The position numbers were made by a program, and so were the translations under genes. DNA of 60,647 nucleotides, counting the filler. It is 4 parts of 4 records of this genome, joined end to end, with 100 filler letters (N's around TTAATTAATTAA, not from the genome) between each part and the next. Parts side by side here need not be neighbours in the genome. Positions count along the whole stretch, not along the records: positions 1 to 26,839 come from SRR2962707_3339; 3 more parts are not named here. One strand, given 5' to 3'. A model generated the notes under the pieces. It searched no databases. It saw nothing but the letters and a program-made list of their open reading frames with translations, and was not told the origin of the DNA. Of the stretch, positions 1-8,493 are shown piece by piece; the stretch's first letter is position 1; every line of letters starts with the position of its first letter.

Positions 1-81
1 AAATGGATTAAATTATTTTCCTTTGAATAGCACGTAGGCTTGCCTTGAGGTAGTTGATTTAACTATTAAAATTTTAAGAAA

Positions 82-321
82 ATGCCAAATCCAAGAATAA
101 AAAATGAAGAGCAGTATGAGGCTTTACGAGATAAAGGTTATAGTAAAGAAAAATCTGCCCGAATAGTAAATACACCAGATTCAGGAAAAAAAGGAGGGAA
201 AGCAAAACCTTATGAGCAATGGACAAAAGAGGAGTTGTATGACCAAGCCAAAAATGTTGGTATTTCTGGACGCTCTAAAATGAAGAAAAAAGAATTAATA
301 ACAGCTTTACGGAATAACTAA
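82..321 (+). CDS. small basic protein with C-terminal Rho-N-like domain
   Basis: 79 aa; YEALRDKGYSKEKSARI N-terminus and WTKEELYDQAKNVGISGRSKMKKKELITAL Rho-N/HeH-like motif. Confidence 0.7.
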   Translation: MPNPRIKNEEQYEALRDKGYSKEKSARIVNTPDSGKKGGKAKPYEQWTKEELYDQAKNVGISGRSKMKKKELITALRNN

Positions 322-342
322 ATAATTTATAATTCTTAACTT

Positions 343-387
343 CAGGATAGTACAGGATAAGAGGTTTCTTACAATGGCATACTTTTA
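343..387 (+). promoter_or_regulatory. candidate operator (CAGGATAGTACAGGAT, 343-358) plus Bacteroidota -7-like box (TACTTTTA, 380-387)
   Basis: Same motif and 21-nt spacing recur upstream of rhaEW and CE12. Confidence 0.6.
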
Positions 388-429
388 AGAATCTAAATTA
401 CAAGTCTTAAAATCTTAAGAAAAGCCAAT

Positions 430-2223
430 ATGAAAGCCAACTACCTATGGATGCTGTTATTTACAATTGCAGGATTATTTAATACCAGTGCACAACATAA
501 AATGGAAGATTTAAACAGAGGGTTAGTCGCCATAAGAACAAATCCTAAGGAGGTATATGTGGCTTGGAGATTATTGGAAAGCGACTCTAAAAATGTTTCT
601 TTTAATGTGTATCGAGATGGGGTTTTATTAAATAATCAACCTATAAAACAATCTACAAATTTCCTTGATGCTACTATTAAAAACGCTACTTACCAAATAA
701 AAGCTGTTCTGGATAATAAAGAGGTCTTAGTTTCTGAGAAGGTAAAAGTATGGCAACAGAATTATTTAGAAATTCCATTACAAATTCCACAAGGAGGAAC
801 AACTCCCGATGGGGTTTCTTATACTTACACTGCTAATGATGCAAGTGTGGGAGATTTAGATGGCGATGGTCAATATGAAGTTATTCTTAAATGGAATCCT
901 ACTAATGCAAAAGATAATTCGCACGAGGGTTACACTGGGAATGTTTATATAGATGCATATACAATGACTGGAAAGTTAAAATGGCGTGTAGATTTAGGGA
1001 TTAATATACGTGCTGGAGCGCATTATACGCAATTTATGGTATATGATTTGGATGGCGATGGAAAAGCAGAAATGGCTTGTAAAACAGCAGACGGAACTAA
1101 AGATGGACTCGGAAATATCATCGGGGAAACAAATAAAGATTACAGAAATAAAGTAGGAAGGATAACACAAGGGTCAGAATATCTTACCGTTTTTGATGGA
1201 GAAACAGGAAAAGCTATATCAACCACAGATTATTTGCCTGCTAGAGGAGATTTAGAAGCTTGGGGAGATACTTATGGTAATAGGGTAGATCGTTTTTTAG
1301 GCGGGGTAGCATATTTAGATGGTCAACATCCTAGTTTGGTAATGTGTAGAGGTTATTATACACGAACTGTAATTGCAGCTTGGGATTTTAAAGATGGGCA
1401 ACTTCTTAAACGTTGGGTTTTTGATACAGATGATAAAGTAAATCAAGAGTATGCAGGACAAGGAAATCATAGTTTAAGTATTGCAGATGTAGATGAAGAT
1501 GGGAAAGATGAAATTATTTATGGTTCGATGACGGTTGATAATGATGGAACAGGTCTTTATACAACTGGTTTAGGACATGGAGATGCATTACATGTGTCTG
1601 ATTTTGATCCAAACAGACCAGGGTTAGAAGTTTTTATGCCTCATGAAAATAAAAAAGATGGAGTTACTTTTAGAAGCGCTCGTACAGGAGAGATCATTTG
1701 GCAGCATAAAAAAAATATTGATGTAGGAAGAGGACTTGCAGCCGATATAGATTCTACTCATTTAGGAGCCGAGTTCTGGGCAATGGGAGATATGGGAGTG
1801 TATAATGTTAAAGGAAAAGTAGTAGATTCAAAGATTCCATCTATAAATTTTGCTATTTGGTGGGATAACGATTTACAACGAGAACTCCTAGATGGAACAA
1901 CCATTTCTAAATATGGGATAGGAACTATTTTTACTGCTGAAAACTGTAGCTCCAATAATGGAACTAAGGCTACTCCAAGTCTCCAAGCAGATCTGTTTGG
2001 AGATTGGAGAGAAGAGGTTATGTTTCGAACGTCAGATAATTCGGCTTTACGCATTTATATAAATTCTGATGTTTCTACTAGAAGATTAACCACGCTAATG
2101 CACAACAGACAATACAGAATGGCTATTGTATGGCAAAATGTAGGTTATAACCAACCTCCATGGCCTTCTTTTTATTTAGGATATGGTATGGATTCTTTAG
2201 ATAAAACAACTATTAATAAATAA
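430..2223 (+). CDS. rhamnogalacturonan lyase, PL11 (YesW/YesX-like)
   Basis: Signal peptide; MEDLNRGLVA start; repeated GDLDGDG Ca-binding loops; RAGAHYTQFMVYD and WQNVGYNQPP motifs. Confidence 0.93.
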   Translation: MKANYLWMLLFTIAGLFNTSAQHKMEDLNRGLVAIRTNPKEVYVAWRLLESDSKNVSFNVYRDGVLLNNQPIKQSTNFLDATIKNATYQIKAVLDNKEVLVSEKVKVWQQNYLEIPLQIPQGGTTPDGVSYTYTANDASVGDLDGDGQYEVILKWNPTNAKDNSHEGYTGNVYIDAYTMTGKLKWRVDLGINIRAGAHYTQFMVYDLDGDGKAEMACKTADGTKDGLGNIIGETNKDYRNKVGRITQGSEYLTVFDGETGKAISTTDYLPARGDLEAWGDTYGNRVDRFLGGVAYLDGQHPSLVMCRGYYTRTVIAAWDFKDGQLLKRWVFDTDDKVNQEYAGQGNHSLSIADVDEDGKDEIIYGSMTVDNDGTGLYTTGLGHGDALHVSDFDPNRPGLEVFMPHENKKDGVTFRSARTGEIIWQHKKNIDVGRGLAADIDSTHLGAEFWAMGDMGVYNVKGKVVDSKIPSINFAIWWDNDLQRELLDGTTISKYGIGTIFTAENCSSNNGTKATPSLQADLFGDWREEVMFRTSDNSALRIYINSDVSTRRLTTLMHNRQYRMAIVWQNVGYNQPPWPSFYLGYGMDSLDKTTINK

Positions 2224-2287
2224 CAATAGCAAAAGTTGATACTTTATATAGAACAATATCCTGCTGTAAATGCTTAAAAATATGTTA

Positions 2288-2303
2288 CAGGACAGAACAG
2301 GAT
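2288..2303 (+). promoter_or_regulatory. candidate operator CAGGACAGAACAGGAT upstream of GH105
   Basis: 10-bp-period CAGGAY direct repeat about 60 nt before the ATG. Confidence 0.6.
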
Positions 2304-2364
2304 GTATTACCATAGCATAAGTTTTAATTTGTGTGAATTATTAATTAACTCACTAAACTAAATT

Positions 2365-3804
2365 ATGCTTCTTCCAAAGTTCACAACCAAAGAAAAGTCG
2401 GCTTCAAATAAGCACTTCATTTATTTTATAATATTTGCGTCTTTTCTATTTCCTTTTTCACAGGGTTATGCACAATACACCCAAAAATCGGGAACCGATT
2501 CAGACACTCCTTTACATTTATTAAAACCGAAGTATGATGTTCCATACGGGGTTCCAGAAAAGCAAGATGTGCTTAATTCATTAGAAAAAGTATATAATTA
2601 TTTAAATGAAACTACTCCTGCGGAAATAGTGGATGCAACTACCAAGGAAGTAGTTGCTATAAAAGACTTTTCCAAGCATGATAAAATTGCTTTCAAGCAA
2701 GGAGATTTTAGATTAATTAGTTACGAATGGGGGGTAACCTATGCTGGAATGCTTTTAGCAGGAACTGTTACAGGCGACAAAAAATTTAGCGATTATACGA
2801 TGGATAGAATACAATTCTTGTCGGAAATATATCCATCCATGGTGGCTCGAGATAAGGAAAATCCAGATGCATCAAACCCAATAAAGTCTGTAATACATCC
2901 GCATGCCTTAGATGATGCTGGAGCTATTTGTGCCGCTATGATTAAAGCAAAAGGGCAAGGATTCTCAGGAGAATTAGATGGAATGATTAATAACTATATT
3001 GATTATATAAGTAATAAACAATATAGATTAAAAGATGGAACCCTAGCTAGAAATAGACCTATGAAGAATTCCTTATGGTTAGACGATCTTTTTATGAGCG
3101 TACCTGCGTTAGCGCAAATGGGAAAGTATACCAAAGATAATAAGTATTATGATGATGCGGTAAAACAGGTATTACAGTTTTCTGAGCGAATGTTTGATAC
3201 CGAAAAGAATTTATACATGCATGCATGGATTGAGAGTATGGAAGAGCATCCAAAATTTCATTGGGGGAGAGCAAATGGTTGGGCAATTATGACAATGGTG
3301 GAATTACTTGAAGTGCTTCCAGAGGATTATAAAGGTAGAAAAGAAGTATTAAAACTCTTACAAAATCATATTAAAGGTTTGGCAAGCTATCAATCTGCTA
3401 CTGGTTTATGGCATCAATTAATAGATAAAAATGACTCATTTTTAGAGACTTCTGCAACCGCTATTTTTACGTACGCCATAGCTCGTTCCATAAATAAAGG
3501 ATATGTAGATGCAAAAGCTTATGGACCTGTTGTTTGTTTGGCTTGGAATGCTATTAGTACAAAAATAAATAATAAAGGACAGGTAGAAGGAACTTGTGTA
3601 GGAACTGGAATGGGCTTTGACCCAGCGTATTATTATTACAGACCTGTAAATGTATATGCAGCTCATGGTTATGGTCCTGTATTGCTAGCAGGAGCAGAAA
3701 TGATTTCTTTATTGGAGAATAATTATCCTAAAATGAATGATAGTGCCGTAATGTTCTACTCGCATCCAATTACAACTGATGCTCCTATTTTTAAAGAAGA
3801 ATAA
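2365..3804 (+). CDS. unsaturated rhamnogalacturonyl hydrolase, GH105 (GH88/105 clan)
   Basis: WLDDLFM, WGRANGW, ETSATA and CVGTG motifs; adjacent to PL11. Confidence 0.9.
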   Translation: MLLPKFTTKEKSASNKHFIYFIIFASFLFPFSQGYAQYTQKSGTDSDTPLHLLKPKYDVPYGVPEKQDVLNSLEKVYNYLNETTPAEIVDATTKEVVAIKDFSKHDKIAFKQGDFRLISYEWGVTYAGMLLAGTVTGDKKFSDYTMDRIQFLSEIYPSMVARDKENPDASNPIKSVIHPHALDDAGAICAAMIKAKGQGFSGELDGMINNYIDYISNKQYRLKDGTLARNRPMKNSLWLDDLFMSVPALAQMGKYTKDNKYYDDAVKQVLQFSERMFDTEKNLYMHAWIESMEEHPKFHWGRANGWAIMTMVELLEVLPEDYKGRKEVLKLLQNHIKGLASYQSATGLWHQLIDKNDSFLETSATAIFTYAIARSINKGYVDAKAYGPVVCLAWNAISTKINNKGQVEGTCVGTGMGFDPAYYYYRPVNVYAAHGYGPVLLAGAEMISLLENNYPKMNDSAVMFYSHPITTDAPIFKEE

Positions 3805-3816
3805 AAAATTTAAGAT

Positions 3817-5154
3817 ATGAAAGTCCAGTTAAAGACAACACTAACTTTATTTTGCCTAACAGTTTTTTTGTTTGTTAGTAGTTTATCAGCACAAATAGGA
3901 AGACGTTTTCCTTCAGAAAAAAAAGTGATTAAAGATTCTGTAACTGGTACGGAATTAACTTTTTTGACTAGTCAGCCTCATGGGGATTCTAAAATATACC
4001 CAACCCATAATCAATGGACTTCAGATGGGGAATGGGTTATTTTTAGATCTCATCGAGTAGAAGGAGAAGCAATGGCTGTAAATGAAAAATCTGGGGAAAT
4101 TGTTCAGGTAACTGAAGGAGGATATTCTGGGATGTTAAATGTAGCTCGTAATAGTATGAAGTTATATTTTATGAGGAAAGTATCTGAAAGTAAAGAGGTT
4201 GAGATTGTGGTAGTTAATTTAGAAAAGCTTTTTGACGACAGTTCAAACGGAAATTTAAAATCGGCTGATGCCTATCAAAAAGTATGTGGTGTTACTCCAG
4301 GAGAATTGGGCGCTGGTGGGGATATGGCTTTAGATGCTGATGAAGAATGGGCTTGGTTTCGGGTAGGAAAAGAAGCTGCACAAAAACATTTAGCTAAAGG
4401 AATAAAGATTGAAGAAGATTTTGGCCCGAGAAATATGGGAGCAGGTCCTGGCGGAATTGCTGGGATGAATCTTAATACAGGGGAAATAAAATATGTTACT
4501 TCGGTTCCGTTTCAAGTAGGGCACATCCAAACCAACCCTTGGGTTTCTGGTCAAATTATATTTTGTTGGGAAACTGGCGGGAAATCTCCACAAAGAACGT
4601 GGATAGTGAATGCTGACGGAAGTGGTTTGAGACCGCTTTACCCTGAGTCAAAATATGAGTGGGTAACCCATGAGGCGGTTATAACACCCAATGAAGTTGC
4701 ATTTGCTATTATGGGACATCGACAAATTCCAGAGTCTACCGTTAAAGTATCTGCGGGAACGGATGTTAAGGGGGCCAATCCTGGTCAAGATTCAGAGTGG
4801 GGACCTTCTGGAACAAGAGAAAAACCTACAGGACTTGGAATTGTAAATATAAATACTAGAGAAATGACTATTGTAGGGCAAACCCCTTCAGGGAGTGGTT
4901 TATGGCATGTGCATGGATCTCCAGATGGACGTTTTGCCGTTGGTGATGATTTTTCAAGAAGTATTTATTTAATTAATAGGAAGACCCGAGAAATGATGTT
5001 GTTATCCACGGGGCATAAACAAACAGCTGCCGATCATCCGCACCCTACTTTTAGCCCTGATGGTACTAAAATAGAAATTCAATCGGCTATGCTTTCTAAA
5101 GATGGCAGAAGCTTAAATATTTGTATTATTCCTGTGCCTAAAAAGTGGCTTTAA
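3817..5154 (+). CDS. oligogalacturonate lyase-like beta-propeller (PL22-like), secreted
   Basis: Signal peptide; GHIQTNP, WVTHE, LWH and HPHPTFSPDG motifs resembling Ogl. Confidence 0.7.
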   Translation: MKVQLKTTLTLFCLTVFLFVSSLSAQIGRRFPSEKKVIKDSVTGTELTFLTSQPHGDSKIYPTHNQWTSDGEWVIFRSHRVEGEAMAVNEKSGEIVQVTEGGYSGMLNVARNSMKLYFMRKVSESKEVEIVVVNLEKLFDDSSNGNLKSADAYQKVCGVTPGELGAGGDMALDADEEWAWFRVGKEAAQKHLAKGIKIEEDFGPRNMGAGPGGIAGMNLNTGEIKYVTSVPFQVGHIQTNPWVSGQIIFCWETGGKSPQRTWIVNADGSGLRPLYPESKYEWVTHEAVITPNEVAFAIMGHRQIPESTVKVSAGTDVKGANPGQDSEWGPSGTREKPTGLGIVNINTREMTIVGQTPSGSGLWHVHGSPDGRFAVGDDFSRSIYLINRKTREMMLLSTGHKQTAADHPHPTFSPDGTKIEIQSAMLSKDGRSLNICIIPVPKKWL

Positions 5155-5182
5155 AAATGTATAATTTCTAATTACCAATTAA

Positions 5183-5350
5183 ACCCGAAATATGCATTAG
5201 ACAATCTATTACAGCTTTAAAGTGCTTCAAAATCAGTCACGCTGTTTCTGTTTTCGATCTCACCATAGCGGTGCTATGGCTCCATCTCCAAACCGCCTGA
5301 TTTTCTTCCACTTTAAACCTTCACTACGAATTCTAATGCATAATCCGGGT
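5183..5350. mobile_element. MITE-like element with ACCC-terminal inverted repeats (IS982-like ends)
   Basis: ACCCGAAATATGCATTAGA ... TCTAATGCATAATCCGGGT (17/19 IR), TAA on both flanks, nested internal inverted repeats. Confidence 0.7.
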
Positions 5351-6346
5351 TAAATTAAGAGTTACTTTTTGATCTCTGTTACAGGTAATTGTTATGTCTT
5401 TTTCATTAAAATGTAGTTCCGCTACTTGAATGCTACTTCTGCGGGTTTCATAACTGTCTTTTCCTTTATTTGAAGGAACTCTTCCTGGATGCGTAAAATA
5501 GAAAATATAGGCTTTACCATTATCAATAACCACATCAGGATGCCCACCTTTTACTTGGTCATCAATACCTTTTCCTGGTTCTTTTAAAATGTTATGTTCC
5601 TGTTTGTTCCAATTGGTAAGATCGGTAGAATTATAAACAGATAAGCCATCCCAGCTATCGCATATCATCCAGTACAATTCTTTCCATTTAAATACTACAG
5701 GCCCTTCACCGCGTTCTTTTACCGCTTTTTTACTTGGGTTAGGCCATTGGTTTAAGTTATCACTATCAGTATAATATATAGATTTTCCATCGTTTTCATT
5801 GTTGTAAAATAGTCGCCAATTCCCATTCGGAAGTTTTATTATATCTGCATCAATTACTCTTTCTGAAGCTAGTTTTAACTCCATTACAAAATCCCAATTT
5901 ATTAAATCGCTACTTGTTAAATGAATAATTTTTCGTTTGTGATACCAATCAGAAAAAATACCGGGAACATAAGTTAAAAACATATGATATATTCCCTTGT
6001 TCTCTATTACCTCTGGAGCCCAATAGGAATATTGGTCAGTAGGTTGATAGTCTATTGTACATATCCCTTTGTAACTCCAAGTTGATCCATTATTGGATGA
6101 GGTTGCAATGCCTATTTCTGTTCCATGTACCCAACTAACATTATCTAAGCTATCAATATTTGCCCTTCTATTGGTGTAAAACATATACCACAATTGCTCT
6201 TTTTTATTCCAAATAACGCAAGGATCTGCAGCCCCATCATGTATAGGGTCTCTATATAAAGGCTTATCTGCAACATGAGAATTTTCATGTTGCGCATTTA
6301 ATAGGTTGGAAAGACCTATAAAAACCACTAAGATTATAATTTTCAT
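5333..6346 (-). CDS. GH43-like five-bladed beta-propeller glycoside hydrolase
   Basis: Signal peptide; AADP, WAPEV, VIDA and EGP catalytic-type motifs. Confidence 0.8.
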   Translation of the reverse strand: MKIIILVVFIGLSNLLNAQHENSHVADKPLYRDPIHDGAADPCVIWNKKEQLWYMFYTNRRANIDSLDNVSWVHGTEIGIATSSNNGSTWSYKGICTIDYQPTDQYSYWAPEVIENKGIYHMFLTYVPGIFSDWYHKRKIIHLTSSDLINWDFVMELKLASERVIDADIIKLPNGNWRLFYNNENDGKSIYYTDSDNLNQWPNPSKKAVKERGEGPVVFKWKELYWMICDSWDGLSVYNSTDLTNWNKQEHNILKEPGKGIDDQVKGGHPDVVIDNGKAYIFYFTHPGRVPSNKGKDSYETRRSSIQVAELHFNEKDITITCNRDQKVTLNLTRIMH

Positions 6347-8488
6347 TTAAAACATTTTTTGAAGTCCTTCCCATTTTACATCCCAATTTCCATCTTTTGG
6401 GAATCCTGGATTTTTAACGGTATTTCCATCCCATCCAGCACACATAAGGGCAACAGCTGTAAGTACGCCACCATTTCCTGGAAGGTATAAAGTTAAGCGT
6501 TCGTCCTGAAAATTATGCCCATTTGGAAGGTAGGTATTGGTACGAATATCCATAAGTAAGGCTTCAACTGCTTTTTCTGGCATCTGTAAGCGTGTTGCTG
6601 TCATAGCTGCCATTGGGAAATCCCAACCCCAAGTATCTTCCCAAGTCCAATCTGTCCAAACAAGATTAAACGTATTCTTCATAATGTCGAGATCGACTTT
6701 TTTAGTTAAAGGAAGCATGCCTAAAGTTCCTAAAACTGATGGATGGTCTGTTTTAAAAACGGGATTTGTGTAAGAATCTTGGGCGCTTTCTGTAGCTAGA
6801 TATACATCATTTAAAATAGGTAAATCTGATAAATTATTCATTACCTCAATCCACTTTTTAGGAGGAGTTTCTCCCAGTCTTTGTTTCCATTCAATAGCCG
6901 TTTTTAACCCCCAATACCAATAATTAAGTTCGTAAGTTGGATTATAGGTTTCGGTTGCCTTAAAACGTTCTTGTGCGGCAATCACACCTGGTCCTAGTTC
7001 ATATCTATTTTTTTCTTCGTTATAATTTGCAAAAGAAGCCATAAAATCGGCAGTTGCATATACATTGTCTTTGTAGGTATTTAGAATGTCTTTTGAAGGA
7101 TTTTCTTGATAAAAGAGTTCTGCAAAAGTTATGTAATGGGGTTGTTGCCAAATAAGAAAAGAACCTACAGATGACGGACTTTCATTTCCATAAGGATCTG
7201 TCATTTTTTGCCATCTCAGTCCATCAAAACCTTGTCTTATGGCTATCTCAAATGCTTTTCCACTGGCTTTATCATACCATTGCATAGCGTTTTTTAGTAA
7301 ATCACTTCGGTTCCATAACGCAAAATGGACACCATGCCACCAATGCATTTCAAGATGTGGTTTTCCATACCAGCTATTATAAGTAAGTCCAGTTTCTTGA
7401 GGAGGTTGATTGGAGGTACATTGCAATTTGGTTAAATATTGAGAGAGAACCACACGTCGCTCAATTTCAAATGCTCTAGGATCTGTACACGATGAAAAGT
7501 CAATAGCACCACCACTTAGCCAAAAATCTTTCCAATTTTCTTCACTATTAGTTACCGCTTTATCAAAGTTAGAAATATTTTGATTTTTATTTTCAGGGGT
7601 AAATTTACAAGTGAAAGAAAAATTGTTTTCAGTAGGAGAAATAATAAAATAATGCTCTTCTTTTTCAGTAATGCTAGCCGATTTTTCTTTCCATTGAAAA
7701 TAGGTATGGTAGGTTAAAGAATCCATTTTATGAGTTACCAAAGCCTTTTTTGGATTAATAGATTTTAAGGTACTTGTATAATTCTCAGAACCATTCCAAT
7801 TTACGCCAGTATCTTTCCAGTTATTTGAAGGATATGGAATACGATATCTAATTTTAAGTTGTCCTTTATTAATTAAGTCGGATGTTACTTTTACGGCAAT
7901 TAGATCTTCATCTTGATGAGAAAGGGTTTCAACCTTAACAGGCACACCTTCAACAGAAAAACTACTGGTAATGATTCCAGTCCATAAATTTAACTCCTGA
8001 TTCATATCCGTAAGATCTTTCGGACTGATTAGCTCTCCATTTTTCTTAGTAATTTCAAAACCAATATTTCCAAGCTGAATACGATGCGGGTTTTCTCTAA
8101 ACCAATTAACTGCATCGTTATTTCGTTTTGGAGTTTTTATCTGTACGGAATACGAAACTTTACGCCCATATTGGTCATAGTCTTTAAGCGTTTCTTCAAA
8201 AGTGTAGGAATTCGGGTTTTTATTGGAGTCCCATCCCCATTCGGATTGTGTTCCTAATGCAATGCCTCCTTGATAATAGTCTGGAAATGTTTGAAGTCCA
8301 GTTATATCTGTAGTAAAAGCAAACTTTCCGTTTCCTACAGTCAGAGAAGCCAAAGTATCAACCGAAGTTACAACAACGTTATGGCGAGTAACCAGTGCTT
8401 TTCTATCTATTTTTTGAGCAAATCCCTGATGAATTATACTAATAAATAAAAGAAAAATGTAAAGCTTAATGGTGGAAGTAGTTTTCAT
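6347..8488 (-). CDS. uncharacterised secreted six-hairpin-type glycosidase-like protein
   Basis: 713 aa, signal peptide; LTVGNGKFAFTTD N-terminus and ETGLTYNSWYGKPHLEM motif reminiscent of GH65/GH95-type folds; lies in CAZyme operon. Confidence 0.6.
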   Translation of the reverse strand: MKTTSTIKLYIFLLFISIIHQGFAQKIDRKALVTRHNVVVTSVDTLASLTVGNGKFAFTTDITGLQTFPDYYQGGIALGTQSEWGWDSNKNPNSYTFEETLKDYDQYGRKVSYSVQIKTPKRNNDAVNWFRENPHRIQLGNIGFEITKKNGELISPKDLTDMNQELNLWTGIITSSFSVEGVPVKVETLSHQDEDLIAVKVTSDLINKGQLKIRYRIPYPSNNWKDTGVNWNGSENYTSTLKSINPKKALVTHKMDSLTYHTYFQWKEKSASITEKEEHYFIISPTENNFSFTCKFTPENKNQNISNFDKAVTNSEENWKDFWLSGGAIDFSSCTDPRAFEIERRVVLSQYLTKLQCTSNQPPQETGLTYNSWYGKPHLEMHWWHGVHFALWNRSDLLKNAMQWYDKASGKAFEIAIRQGFDGLRWQKMTDPYGNESPSSVGSFLIWQQPHYITFAELFYQENPSKDILNTYKDNVYATADFMASFANYNEEKNRYELGPGVIAAQERFKATETYNPTYELNYWYWGLKTAIEWKQRLGETPPKKWIEVMNNLSDLPILNDVYLATESAQDSYTNPVFKTDHPSVLGTLGMLPLTKKVDLDIMKNTFNLVWTDWTWEDTWGWDFPMAAMTATRLQMPEKAVEALLMDIRTNTYLPNGHNFQDERLTLYLPGNGGVLTAVALMCAGWDGNTVKNPGFPKDGNWDVKWEGLQKMF

Positions 8489-8493
8489 AATAA

